64,000 bases of DNA from Mobula hypostoma (taxonomy: Eukaryota). Position 1 is the stretch's first letter. The number at the start of each line of letters is the position of its first letter. The stretch is taken from positions 35,154,001-35,218,000 of the forward strand of contig NC_086129.1 in assembly GCF_963921235.1 (NCBI RefSeq), in the 5' to 3' direction. Below, piece after piece: positions 13,295-25,206 of the stretch. The notes under the pieces were generated by a model. That model saw only the letters and a program-made list of their open reading frames with translations, had not been told where the DNA came from and did no database searches. The position numbers and the translations under genes are program-made.

Positions 13295-13889
13295 AACAAC
13301 AGGAATTCTGCAGATGCTGGAAATTCAAGCAACACACATCAAAGTTGCTGGTGAACGCAGCAGGCCAGGCAGCATCTCTAGGAAGAGGTACAGTCGACGT
13401 TTCAGGCCAAGACCCTTCGTCAGGACTAACTGAAAGAAGAGCTAGTAAGAGATTTGAAAGTGGGAGGGGGAGGGGGAGGTCCAAAATGATAGGAGAAGAC
13501 AGGAGGGGGAGGGATGGAGCCAAGAGCTGGACAGGTGATTGGCAAAAGGGACATGAGAGGATCATGGGACAGGAGGTCCGGGGAGAAAGACAAGGGGGGG
13601 GGGAGCCCAGAGGATGGGCAAGGGGTATAGTCAGAGGGACAGAGGGAGAAAAAGGAGAGTGAGAGAAAGAATGTGTGTATAAAAATAAATAATGGATGGG
13701 GTATGAGGGGGAGGTGGGGCATTAGCGCAAGTTAGAGAAGTCAATGTTCATGCCATCTGTTTGGAGGCTACCCAGACGGAATATAAGGTGTAAAGATGAA
13801 GCCACACTCAGGTTGGAGGAACAACACCTTATATTCCGTCTGGGTAGCCTCCAACCTGATGGCATGAACATCGACTTCTCTAACTTCCG
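13295..13889 (-). mobile_element. Penelope-like element 3' part (pseudo-LTR plus GIY-YIG C-terminus) with an inverted segment
   Basis: Terminal repeat gcagatgctggaaattcaagcaacacacatcaaagttgctgg...; EEQHLIFRLGSLQPDGMNIDFSNF-type segment present in both orientations (13729-13791 vs 13824-13887). Confidence 0.85.
13392..13427 (-). ncRNA. Minimal type I hammerhead ribozyme motif in a Penelope pseudo-LTR (core intact)
   Basis: Minus strand reads AGUC-CUGACGA-AGG guCUUgg CCU-GAAAC-GUC-GACU: stem I AGUC/GACU, CUGANGA and GAAA core, stem II AGG/CCU, palindromic ACGU stem III, GUC cleavage triplet. Confidence 0.7.
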
Positions 13890-15016
13890 GCTGTGTAAAA
13901 AAATGTCTAACCCTGACTGCATCTTGTTGACTGCATCTTGTTTACTGCATTGCAATAAAGTTTTGAAACAAAGACAGCATTTAACTTCACATATCCAGGT
14001 CCCAACAAGATCATCCTCTACGTGTAAGCCATTGTCCATGTCTGTAGTGGAAGTTTGAAAAAAAACAGTATTGACTTAACATTGATTTTTTTACTTTTCC
14101 TATGCTGTGGCAATGTGTTCTTCTGAAACAAATGCTAAACCTGGGAGCATTTGGGTCTGTTTTTACAAGTGGTGGTGACTGAATGGAATTTGATTTATTA
14201 ACTGGAAGATCATTAACTAATGAATCTTAGTTTTCCCAGTTAATTATAAGCTGAGTTTTCTGATCAAGGTCTCATTTGACCATGAGTAAGTTTTTTTTCC
14301 TTTGAAATTACTACTTAAATTCTGGTAAATTTTATAACAATTACTTTATACCTGGAATTTTCTACTTGCTGAAGTTATAATCCCCAACTGGTCAATCCAC
14401 AGAAGGTTTTGGTTAACAGAAAAAAAATGCCATCATTAACTGAGTGCTGATTAGAGAGTTCCAATTGCGAAGGCCAGATCACGTCTGAGTAACCTAGTTT
14501 TATCATTTGAGAAAGATTACCATCATTCTGAACAATGGAGCATCTATTGATGTAGGACTTTTCTCATTAATTTTGACAAATAATATACAAAACTTAACAT
14601 GCACAGAATTGGATTAACCTTGTGATATGGGGTTGGTTATTGATTGGGAAGTAGGAATTGGAGAAGGCTAAAATGGTAAAAAGACTAAACAAAAAAAAAA
14701 GACCATCACAAACCCAGAGCAGGCTATTCAGGAAAGAAAGCAGGAAGACTTGTATCATAGTATAGTGGAAACAGACAGTTCTTCATCCAAATTCTGTACT
14801 AGTGTTTAAGTAAAAATTTCAAGTCTGAGATTGATAATTTACTGAAAAATTTATAATATGTAACATCAAATATAGACAGTTGAGACACAAATCAGTCACA
14901 ATATAACTCAAAGACGATCTCAAATGCTAAGTAGCTAACTCCTACTTCAACCCCAACACATTTTATCAATCTTTCTTTTAAAAGTATGTTTGCTCTTAGT
15001 AAAACCTTATACTGGA

Positions 15017-15340
15017 AGGTGAGGAGCTGCACAGTGGCAGCATTTACAGAGCTGCTGCCTCACAGTTCCAGCAACCCAGGTACAACAGAGACCTCTGGTG
15101 CCCTCTGCTTGCAGTTTGCAAGTTCTCCCACTTCAATTTTCTCTGCCTCTGTCTCTCCCACATTCTAAAAGCGGCTGTACATTAGTTGGCCACTAATACA
15201 TAGGTGAAAGGTAGAATCTGGAGGCATGAGGTTGGAGCCGATGGGAGGATGAAAATATAAGATAGTGTTAGTTAAAAAAATGGGTGATTAATCATCAGTG
15301 TAGATTCAGTAGACCCGAAGGACTGTTTCTGTGCTGTATT
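15017..15340 (+). mobile_element. Degenerate tRNA-derived SINE (V-SINE/HE1-like)
   Basis: Head ggagctgcacagtggcagc...gagctgctgcctcacag..ccagcaaccc, then gtttgca..ttctccc core, and a CR1-like tail (ccgaaggactgtttctgtgctgta). Confidence 0.5.
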
Positions 15341-15899
15341 TATGGCTCTAAAACATACCAGCTTGAATTACTAAGATTTGATTTTTTTAGTCAATGTAGA
15401 GCAAATGCAGTTGAATGCACAGGTAGTAGAGCCAATGCTCCATGTGACCAGGGACCTGGGTTCAATTCCCACGAGGTTTTCCCCCCAGCAATAACAACCT
15501 AACACTGAAGAACGCTACCCAGTGATAATCCCACCTATTTGCAAAGTAAATGCAGAAATAAGTATTATTTTTAATCCTATCAGGCAGTTCCCTAACTTAA
15601 AGCACGAACCATTAGGAGACACAAGAGATTGCAGATGCTGGAATCTGGAGCAACCAACAATGTGCTGGAGGAACTCCGAGTCAAGCACTATTTGTGGGGG
15701 GAGGAAGAAATTAAGGGCATTTCGGGTCGCTGCAAACCAGCAGCTCATTGCTAAGCAATTAAATTAAAAAAACTGATGCAGAGTTTATTGCTCAAAAAAG
15801 ATGGAAAAAGACAAGTCAAAAAAAAGTATCTCCACAGAAATACAGGTCCAATGAAAATTTGAGCAAGAGTAATGCACACCTAAAATGGGGGGGATCACA

Positions 15900-16580
15900 G
15901 GGGGTCAGTGTGGACATGGTGGAAGATTACAAATACCTGGGGATACGAATTGACAATAAACTGGACTAGTCAAAGAACACTGAGACTGTCTACAAGAAGG
16001 GTTAGAGCTGTCTCTATTTCCTGAGGAGACTGAGGTCCTTTAACATCTGCCGGACGATGCTAAGGATGTTCTACGAGTCTGTGGTGGCCAGTGCTATCAT
16101 GTTTGCTGTTGTGTGCTGAGGCAGCAGACTGAGGGTAGCAGACACCAACAGAATCAATAAACTCATTCGTAATGCCAGTGATGTTGTGGGGGTGGAACTG
16201 GACTCTCTGACAGTGGTGTCTGAAAAGAGGATGCTGTCTAAGTTGCATGCCATCTTGGTCAATGTCACCCATCCGCTACATAATGTACTGGGTGGGCACA
16301 GGAGTACATTCAGCCAGCGACTCATTCCACCGAGATGCAACACAGAGCGTTATAGGAAGTCATTCCTGCCTGTGGCCATCAAACTTTACAACTCCTCCCT
16401 TGGAGGGTCAGATATCCTGAGCCAATAGGCTGGTCCTGGATTTATTTCATAATTTCCCGGCATAATTTACATATTACTATTTAACTATTTATGGTTCTAT
16501 GACTATTTATTATTTATGGTGCAACTGTAACGAAAACCAATTTCCCCCTGGGATCAATAAAGTATGACTATTACTACTAC
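15900..16580 (+). mobile_element. Rex1/Babar-like LINE 3' fragment, family B
   Basis: MFYESVVASAIMFAVVC...RINKLIR...HPLH...TERYRKSFLPVAIKLYN; tail aataaagtatgactat. Closely similar to the copy at 23770-24340. Confidence 0.75.
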
Positions 16581-16599
16581 TAAATAAAGCAGAATATAC

Positions 16600-17135
16600 T
16601 GTGTGCTCTGCTGCAGGCGCGGGAAGTTTTGCCCTGTCACACTTGGTCGAGTTCACCAAGTGCGTACCGGTCAGGTCTGACGTGGCAAACAGAAACACGG
16701 CAGTAAAGGCCGATTTCACGTAAACACGAGGAATTCTGCAGATGCTGGAAATTCAAGCAACACACATCAAAGTTGCTGGCAGCATCTCTAGGAAGAGGTA
16801 CAGTCGACGTTTTGGGCCGAGACCCTTCGTCAGGATTTTAAGTACAGTTGCGTTTTTATTTATTTGCTTAACAACGAGCTGCCGGTTTGCAGCGATTATC
16901 CGCGGCCTGCTCCCAGATGAAGCCCCGGAAGCCAAACCGATCTTCAGGCAGCTCTCGCCTATCGCCCAGGACGGCACTGACATTAACCCCACACCACCCC
17001 TTTCACAAGTAATTTCCTGTTCAAGGAGAAAACTACAACCCCAGCCTGTTTCACCTGAGGAGCTCCGCAGAGCGAAGCTGTTCGCTTGACCGCGCCTATC
17101 GTCATCCAGCCATTAGCCACCGACGTCATAGAAAC
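16600..17135 (-). promoter_or_regulatory. aamdc: CpG-rich putative aamdc promoter and non-coding exon 1 (donor after 17055)
   Basis: Local CpG enrichment in otherwise CpG-poor DNA; CTCCTCAG|GTGAAA donor at 17055/17054; CRE-like TGACGTC at 17128-17122. Confidence 0.6.
16724..16835 (-). mobile_element. Short Penelope pseudo-LTR fragment with a mutated hammerhead motif
   Basis: Same terminal repeat as at 13295; the GAAA core reads AAAA. Confidence 0.75.
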
Positions 17136-17734
17136 AGGGACAAGTCACCTACATTTATATCCGTTGTAAATGCAGGGTTTCTGGTTTCTCATTTCTCATA
17201 AACTGAAGCCTATTTGCAAGGTCTAATTACTGAAAAATTAATCTCGTGCATAGTTTGCTTAGTCTGGAATTAAAATAAGTAAGAGTATTTACAGAAATGC
17301 AAAGCCACTTGTTATTTGTTTAAATATTACGCTCTTTTTAAGATTTAAATTTATCATCACAATATTGTAGTAGAGTTGAAAGAAAAACCTTGACGGCATT
17401 GAATAAAGAAAAGTCAGCTTGCAAAGTATACGCTATCTAGAAATGCCATAGACCAAAGTTCAAAAGTTCAAAGTAAATTTTAATATCAAAGTACATTTAT
17501 ATATCCATGTACAACCCTGAGATTCATTTTCTTGTAGGCATACTCAGCAAATTTATAGAATGGTAACTATAATAGGATCAACGAAAGATCAACTAGAGTG
17601 CAGAAGACAACAAACTGCAAATGCAAGTATAGATAAATAGGAATAAATAATGAAAACATGAGATAATGAGATAAAGAATCCTTGAAAATGAGGTAATTGT
17701 TTGGGGAAACATTTCAATGATGGGGCATAGGAGT

Positions 17735-18582
17735 ACCCTTTTTTCTCCAAAAAGTTCGATTTTAACTTCATCAGTCCATAGGACTTGTTTCCAAAATGCA
17801 TCAGGCTTGTTTAGATGCTCCTTCGAACCTTTTGAATAGAACTTTTTGGCCGAGAAAAAAGGGTGCAGAATTTCATGAAAAGAACACCTCTCCAACCGTT
17901 AAGCACGGGGTGAATTGATCATGCTTTGGGCTTGTGTTGCAGCCAGTGGCACAGGGAACATTTACTGGTAGAGGGAAGAATTCAATTAAATACCAGCAAA
18001 TTCTGGAAGCAAGCATCACACCGTCTGTAAAAAAAGCCGAAGATGAAAAGAGGATGGCTTCTACAACAGGATAATGATCCTAAACACACCTCAAAATCCA
18101 CAATGGACTACCTCAAGAGGCACAAGCTGAAGATTTTTGCCACGGCCCTCACAGTCCCCGACCTAAACATCATCAAAAGTCTGTGGATAGACCTCAAAAG
18201 AGCAGTGTATGCAAGACGGCCCAAGAATTTCACAGAACTAGAAGCCTTTTGCAAGGAAGAACGGGCAAAAATCCCCCAAACAAGAATTGAAAAACTCTTA
18301 GCTGGCTACAGAAAGCGTTTACAAGCTGTGATACTTGCCAAAGGGAATGTTACTAAGTACTGACCATGCAGAGTGCCCAAACATTTGCTTCGGGCCCTTC
18401 TCCTTTTTTGTTATTTTGAAACAGTAAAAGATGGAAATAAAAAAGTTTTCTTGCTTACAATATTAAAGAAATGTGTCATCTTTAACTTTATGCTTTTTGG
18501 AAATCAGTTCATCTTTTACTTGCTTAGCTATTCACAGTAACAGAAATTTTGACTGGGGTGCCCAAACTTTTGCATGCCATTG
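17735..18582 (+). mobile_element. Tc1-like transposon remnant (DDE transposase C-terminal half plus right TIR)
   Basis: WTDEVKIELFG (inverted piece), [45 protein letters not shown]; ends cccaaacttttgcatgccattg|ta. Confidence 0.85.
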
Positions 18583-18619
18583 TATATAACTCCCGTCAGG
18601 GCTTTTTTTTTACTCTTGC

Positions 18620-19470
18620 AGTTTATTAACTCTACCTACAAGGATTCTACATCTTCTGATCCTGTCACCTCTAAGGATTTGATTTCATTTTTAACCAACA
18701 TAGCCACTCCTCCCACTCCACCTACCTGCCTGTCCTTTCGATACAATGTGTATCCTTGGATGTTAAGCTCCCAACTATAATCTTCTTTCAGCCATGACTT
18801 AGTGGTGCCCACAACATTGTACCTACCAATTTCTAACTGTGCTACAAGGTTATCTACCTTTTCTGTATACATTCAAATATAATGTCGTCAGTCCTGTATT
18901 CATCAGTTTCTGATTTTGGCTCTGTTATACTTTATCTCATCCCAGACTGCAATTTTGCCCTATCATCTGCCTATTCTTCTTGACGGTCTCACTACACAGT
19001 GCCTCTGCTTGTAAACTGACTACCCCATCCTCAGTCCTATCACTCCAGTTCCCATCCTCTAGTCAAATGATCTTAAACCCTCCCCAACAGCTGTAGCAAA
19101 CCTGCCCACAAGAATACTGGTCCCACGGGATCAGGTGTAACCTGTCCTTTTTGTACAGGTCATACCTTTCCTGGAAGAGATTCCAATGATCCAGAAATCT
19201 AAAACCCTGCTCCCTGCACTAATTCTTCAGCCACATCATCCTATCCTTACCCTCACTGGCACATGGCACAAGCTGCGATCCAGATTACTATCCTGGAGCT
19301 CCTGCATTTCAGCTTCAATCTAACTCCATATGTTCCCTCTTCAGGACCTCCTCCCTTTTCTTAATTATTGCATTGGTACCAATATGCATGACTTCCTGTT
19401 GACTTCCCTTTAGAATGACATGGACCCAATTCAAGACATCCTTGACCCTGGCAATGTACCATCTAATTGT
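18620..19470 (-). mobile_element. CR1 fragment (ORF1/ORF2-endonuclease junction)
   Basis: KVDNLVAQLEIGRYNVVGTTKSWLKEDYSWELNIQGYTLYRKDR..GGVAMLVK; MHIGTNAI (esterase remnant). Confidence 0.8.
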
Positions 19471-21163
19471 CCATAGGACAAAGGAGCAGAAGTCAGCCAT
19501 TCGGCCCATCAAGTCTGCTCCACCATTTCATCATGAGCTGATCCATTCTCCCATTTAGTCCCACTCCCCCACCTGCTCAATTAATTCCCTTTTAAGCCCC
19601 AAAAAGAAAAACTTACACTCCATCCAGAAATTAAAAAATCAGAATGAACCTCGGGAATTGCAACAATGGACCAGGAGATTCTCTAGAGTATTGTTTTTTC
19701 CTTATTAATACTTAACCCTTTTTTAATATATAAAAGCTATATATTGAAATATTTGCAGTGAACCCAGTGACTAGAAAGGGACTAAAGAAACCAGGGCCAA
19801 GGAAAGCCAGATTCCTATTATTCTGGCATACCAGTAATTTGGTAAGTGGAGAATCAGTTTTATTGTATACTGGTCAGACAGCATCTGTGGATAAGAGTAT
19901 TACTTAATAAGGCAGCTAGAAACTGCACAAGTTGCATAATTCTACAATTCGAGACTTTTAAATTTATCCAGTCTGGTGAAAAGGCATAACTGAAAAGTTA
20001 CTTTGTTCTTTCTACCTTGAAGCTTCCTGACTTGAAGTCAATTCCAATATCTGCAGTTCTTTTAAGAACATATCCATACACACCAGAATTAAATATAAGG
20101 GCAAAATAACTAAAGTTGTTTGCCCATTATTCCACTGGCACCACTCCTGGAGCTAGAGATGCACTAGCAAAAACCCTTCATCCGTACAGCCTCAGATCTA
20201 CTATTTTTATCATTGGCTTCAATTTTTTTAAACACCTAAATAATTGTTTAAAATCACTTCAAACATTTGAACTGGTGTAATTGCTTGTCAAGTAATTGAC
20301 ACTGAATTGGGAAGACTCTGCACTGTGCTTACACCAGTTTCTAGGTCAAGAGTGGCTATAGGGAAAAACGGACAAGCTATTTTAGGGTCTTGTTCTTGCA
20401 GATGCATGTTTTTCCAACCCACCTCCAAATCTTTAATAGCTCCTAAACTATCCTGACCAAGTACAGGAATCTCAGTTGTTTTTCTTCACACAAAAGGTTA
20501 TGTCCATACTTAGTTAGTTTCTAACATTCAGCAGGTTACTTCTCATATAGAAAATCCTTGCATCTTACACTTGGAAGTTTTTCTTTTTGTATATTGTTAC
20601 TTCATCAATGTGATGGCCAAGACACATTTGCTGTAACAGGCAGGAATTTAATTTTGAATAAAAATGCTTTATATTCAACTGCTGTTAAATTACATGGCAT
20701 ATCAAAGTTGAGACTGAGTGAATAGACAATGTAAAAGGCCTCAGTAATCAGAACTTCTTATCTATAGTCCAAACATTTCAACACGATTTACAAAAAATCA
20801 GCTTGAGATCAGCCAAAACACTAATAAGTCACTGAGGATGCATTATTACGTGCAGTTGAGTTTAAAGCACTTCTCTACCAGAAAGAGACAAGATAATATC
20901 AGATGCAATGCTCAAAGTTCAAGCAGCATTCTAAATTAATGCTGCTGCAAATTTAACTTGCACAAGGGTTCCAGTTAAAACAAAGCCAACTCGCTAACGT
21001 TTCATTGCAATTGCTCAAAAAAAAAACACAACTAAACATGGAAGATATTTTGGACAATGCTTTTAATTGTCACAAACAATATTGCATATTGAAGTGCCCA
21101 GAGTTAGGGCAAGAATTGTGCAAATGGCCACTTAAGAATTGTTGGAAGATCTTTTTCAGCATG

Positions 21164-21317
21164 TTAGTCAGAGCCTTGGATCTGGCTATCTTGCTTGCTA
21201 CTGTCACCGTTTTCTTGGTGCATTTTTCGTTTTTTCTCTTCTGCTTTGCCTTCTTTGAATATATGCTTCCTATAAAATTGCAGCTCTTTGATGCTCTCAC
21301 GGATGTCATCCAAAGCT
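21164..21317 (-). CDS. rexo2: REXO2 oligoribonuclease exon 7 (last)
   Basis: (R)[52 protein letters not shown] at 21319-21318, TAA at 21166-21164. Confidence 0.95.
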
Positions 21318-21419
21318 CTAAAGAGATTAAATCAGTCTTAGTTCATGCAGTAAAATAGCACATTTTAGGTGAGTTTTCTTGAAGGCAAAGTACAATTTTC
21401 AAGCTACAATCCCAAAAGA

Positions 21420-21930
21420 TCATAAGACATAGAAGCAGGCTCAATGGGCTAATTCTGCTCCGCCATTCTATCGTGGCTGATTTATCATCTGTCTCAACCC
21501 CATTCTCCTGCCTTCCCTTCATCAATCAAGAACCCATCAACCTCCACCTTAAATATACCTAATGAACTGGCCTGCACAGCTGTTTGTGGCAATGAATTCC
21601 TCAGATGCACTACCCTCTGGCTAAAGAAATTTTTCCTCATCTCTGTTCTAGATGGACGTCCCTCAATTCTGAGGTTTGCCTCTGGTCCTTGACTACCCCA
21701 CTATAGAAACCATACTCTCCACATCCACTATTCTAGATCTTTCAATATTCAATAGGTTTCAATGAGATCCTCTCTCATTCTTTTAAACTCCAGCGAGTAC
21801 AGGCCCAGAGCTATCAAATGCTTACCATTTCATTCCTGGGATCATTCTCATGAACCTCCCCTGGACCCTCTCCAACACACCTTTTCTTAGATAAAGGGCC
21901 CAAAACTGCTCACAATACTCCAAGTGTAGT
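21420..21930 (-). mobile_element. CR1 3' fragment
   Basis: CR1 3'UTR (cataagacatagaagcagg...) plus C-terminal remnant matching other CR1 copies. Confidence 0.7.
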
Positions 21931-22044
21931 CAGACTAAATCAAGACCCAGGCTAATTGCACAAAACTGTTACTTTCAACTTTGGCTTTTTAAAAACTACA
22001 TGTAGCATTTTGGCATTAACGTTACAAAGCTATATTTAAGGGCT

Positions 22045-22382
22045 GGCAACAGACAGCAAAGTTGCTGGTGAACGCAGCAAGCCAGGCAGCATCTCTAGGA
22101 AGAGGTACAGTCCACGTTTCAGGCCGAGACCCTTCGTCAGGACTAACTGAAGGAAGAGTTAGTAAAAGATTTGAAAGTGGGAGGGGAGGGGGGAGATCCA
22201 AAATGATAGGAGAAGACAGGAGGGGGAGAGATGGAGCCAAGAGCTGGACAGGTGATTGGCAAAAGGGATATGAGAGGATCATGGGACGGGAGGCCCAGGG
22301 AGAAAGGGGGGGGGGGGAGCCCAGAGGATGGGCAAGGAGTATAGTGAGAGGGACAGAGGGAGAAAAAGGAGAGAGAGAGAAA

Positions 22383-22428
<46 letters not shown>

Positions 22429-22995
22429 AATAACGGATGGGGTACAAGGGGGAGGTGGGGCAGTAACGAAGTTAGAGAAGTCAATGTTCATGCCATCAGG
22501 TTGGACGCTACCCAGATGGAATATAAGGTGTTGTTCCTCCAACCTGAGTGTGGATTCATCTTTACAGTAGAGGAGGCCGTGGATAGACATATCAGAATGG
22601 GAATGGGACGTGGAATTAAAATGTGTGGCCACTGGGAGATCCTGCTTTCTCTGGCGGACAGAGCGTAGGTGTTCAGCGAAATGATCTCCCAGTCTGTGTC
22701 GGGTCTCACCAATATATAGAAGGCCACATTGGGACCACTGGACGCAGTACATCACCCCAGCTGACTCACAGGTGAAGTGTTGTCTCACTTGGAAGGACTG
22801 TCTGGGGCCCTGAATGGTGGTAAGGGAGGAAGTGTAAGGGTGTGTGTAGCACTTGTTCCGCTTACAAGGATAAGTGCCAGGAGGGAGATCGGTGGGGAGG
22901 GATGGGGGAGGGAAATGAATGGACAAAGGAGTCGCGTGGGGAACGATCCCTGCGGAAAGCCGGGGGGTGGGGGGAGGGAAAGATGTGCTTAGTGG
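22045..22995 (-). mobile_element. Penelope-like retroelement 3' fragment with GIY-YIG endonuclease and pseudo-LTR; (TA)n at 22387-22419
   Basis: ORF 22423..22926: GTYPCKRNKC...GVMYCVQ..QCGLLYIGETRHRLGDHFAEH...PVATHFN...EEQHLIF..G..QPDGMN. Hammerhead-like motif at 22109-22144 with GUG at the cleavage site. Confidence 0.9.
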
Positions 22996-23418
22996 TCACT
23001 ACATTTAAAGGGTGGCATTGTTTTCCTTCCTTCTTTTGCTCCATTCATTTAAAATCATTTCTGCACACAGTCTAGCATTGTTAATCTTGATTTCAACTCT
23101 CCAATACTTAATTCCCCAAAAATACATTTTCATATGACTCACCTGCCTTTCTGAAAAATAAAGCACTATAGGATATTACAAGTACACCAAGATTTATTCT
23201 AAAATAAAAGTGCATTAGAATAGCAGGATGGGCTTTCCCAAACTCCCTGACCTGTATACCATTTCAAAATAAAGTGGGGGGGGGGGAAGTAAATCACCGC
23301 TTATTCAAATAGTCCAGAAATGTTTTGATTTTATCTGAATCAGTTAAAAAGGCAATATTCACAAATAAGCTTGCCCCAGTTAATTATTCCTCCAGATTAC
23401 GAAACAGGCATTACTCAC

Positions 23419-23472
23419 CTATGTGACGCTTTCTTCTTTGGTGCATCTTCATACTTGTCTGGGTACCAACGT
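23419..23472 (-). CDS. rexo2: REXO2 exon 6
   Basis: (R)RWYPDKYEDAPKKKASH(R), 54 nt, AG/GTGAGT. Confidence 0.94.
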
Positions 23473-23769
23473 CTAAATACAAGAAAAACACAACTCAGTT
23501 TTACCTCAAAAGCAAGACTTCAATTGATTAAACAGAGAAAAAAAATGTTCTTAAAAAGGGAAAAGCTGTTATTGAATAATGCTAGAAATAGAGAAATTTA
23601 ATGTCAAAAAGATATTAATTGCAGGAAATACAGAAGTCCTGACCAATACTACACTTGTGTAGATGGGAAATTACACAATTTTTGTAATTTAAAGAAATGA
23701 GGAAATCAGACTGGTAATTCAACATCTATTACAAAGATTATTGACCATTTAGAGCAGCTCAAGCTTATT

Positions 23770-24340
23770 GAAAAGCCAACATACAGGAGACTGAGGTCCT
23801 TTAACATCTGCCGGACGATGCTGAGGATGTTCTACGAGTCTGTGGAGGCCAGTGCTATCATGTTCGCTGTTGTGTGCTGGGGCAGCAGGCTGAGGGTAGC
23901 AGACACCAACAGAATCAACAAACTTATTCGTAAGGCCAGTGATGTTGTGGGGATGGAACTGGACTCTCTCATGGTGGTGTCTGAAAAGAGGATGCTGTCT
24001 AAGTTGAATGCCATCTTGGACAATGTCTCCCATCCACTACATAATGTACTGGGTGGGCACAGGAGTACATTCAGCCAGAGACTCATTCCACCGAGATGCA
24101 ACACAGAGCGTCGTAGGAAGTCATTCCTGCCTGTGGCCATCAAACTTTACAACTCTTCCCTTGGAGGGTCAGACACCCTGAGCCAATAGGCTGGTCCTGG
24201 ACTTATTTCATAATTTCCTGGCATAATTTACATATTACTATTTAACTATTTATGGTTCTATTACTATTTAGTATTTATGGTGCAACTGTAACAAAACCCA
24301 ATTTCCCCCTGGGATCAATAAAGTATGACTATGACTATTA
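23770..24340 (+). mobile_element. Rex1/Babar-like LINE 3' fragment, family B
   Basis: ORF 23818..24189; (atgact)n tail; closely similar to 15900-16580. Confidence 0.75.
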
Positions 24341-25097
24341 ATGACAGGCTGTGTTAAAGTAATTTGAATTTTATGAGGAAGTAACTAAAGTTCCAGATTA
24401 AGGATTAATCAAGACTAATTAATTAGTACAGTCTTTCAGATTCTGATCCCATTCCATCTAAGAGATTTTAGCTGTAATTAACAATAGTTAAAGCATTAAG
24501 GGAAGAAAAAATATAGACCTGGTTCAAAGGCATACTCACTAAGTGAAAGGCAGACAACTATTCATGCTCCAACAAGAGGAGCTTGGGCCTTAAATCTCCA
24601 CTAAAATTAGTGATGGGTTATAATTGGTACATGTTCAAATTTACCAATGGCACAAAACTTGGTCCAAGAAATCTAGGACTGTTTAGAATATGTTGTAGAA
24701 GAGTGGACCTCTTACAAAAATAAAGATTTCACTAGCTCACATGAATGTAGCAAGGCAGGTAGATGGAACTAAGGTATACAAACTTTGGCCTATTGAAGAG
24801 GAATAGGTTCAAGGGGCCAAAAAGTCTACTCCCATACAAGAAACATGCATTTGTCATGTGTCACATAAAGAGCATTTACAAATTTTCCATTGGTAACTGT
24901 CTATTGTAGCTGCAACCTGAATGCTCTTAGTAACTTGTGTGCTACATTTGAACAACACATCAAGGGCAGTGATGATTCAATGATAATCACTTGTACGACA
25001 ATCGAATGTTAGGGTGTACCTTACTTCAAGCGCATAACATGTACAAATAGCTCGTCAATTGATAATATTGGGCTTTGTTACATGATTAAACATTTAC

Positions 25098-25206
25098 CTG
25101 CACAGTTCCTTGATGGTGCTAACATCTATTATTCTGTAATGCAAGTGCTTCATGAACTGTGGCATATACTTATCGAGAAACTTCTTATCAGCATGGACTG
25201 AATTTC
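25098..25206 (-). CDS. rexo2: REXO2 exon 5
   Basis: (G)[35 protein letters not shown](R), 109 nt, AG/GT. Confidence 0.96.

Larger units (their letters stand above)
12819..13985 (+). mobile_element. hAT-like DNA transposon remnant interrupted by a Penelope insertion
   Basis: Terminal-like sequence acagacatcccatctctcccggaacttccgggagtctcccg. Encodes ARCTVCNSDFSIAHGG..CKRH, resembling a transposase N-terminal zinc finger. Right end and TSD not resolved. Confidence 0.55.

Noticed and set aside
21005-21358. 117-aa hydrophobic + strand ORF
   Set aside because: Antisense shadow of the Lys/Glu-rich rexo2 last exon.
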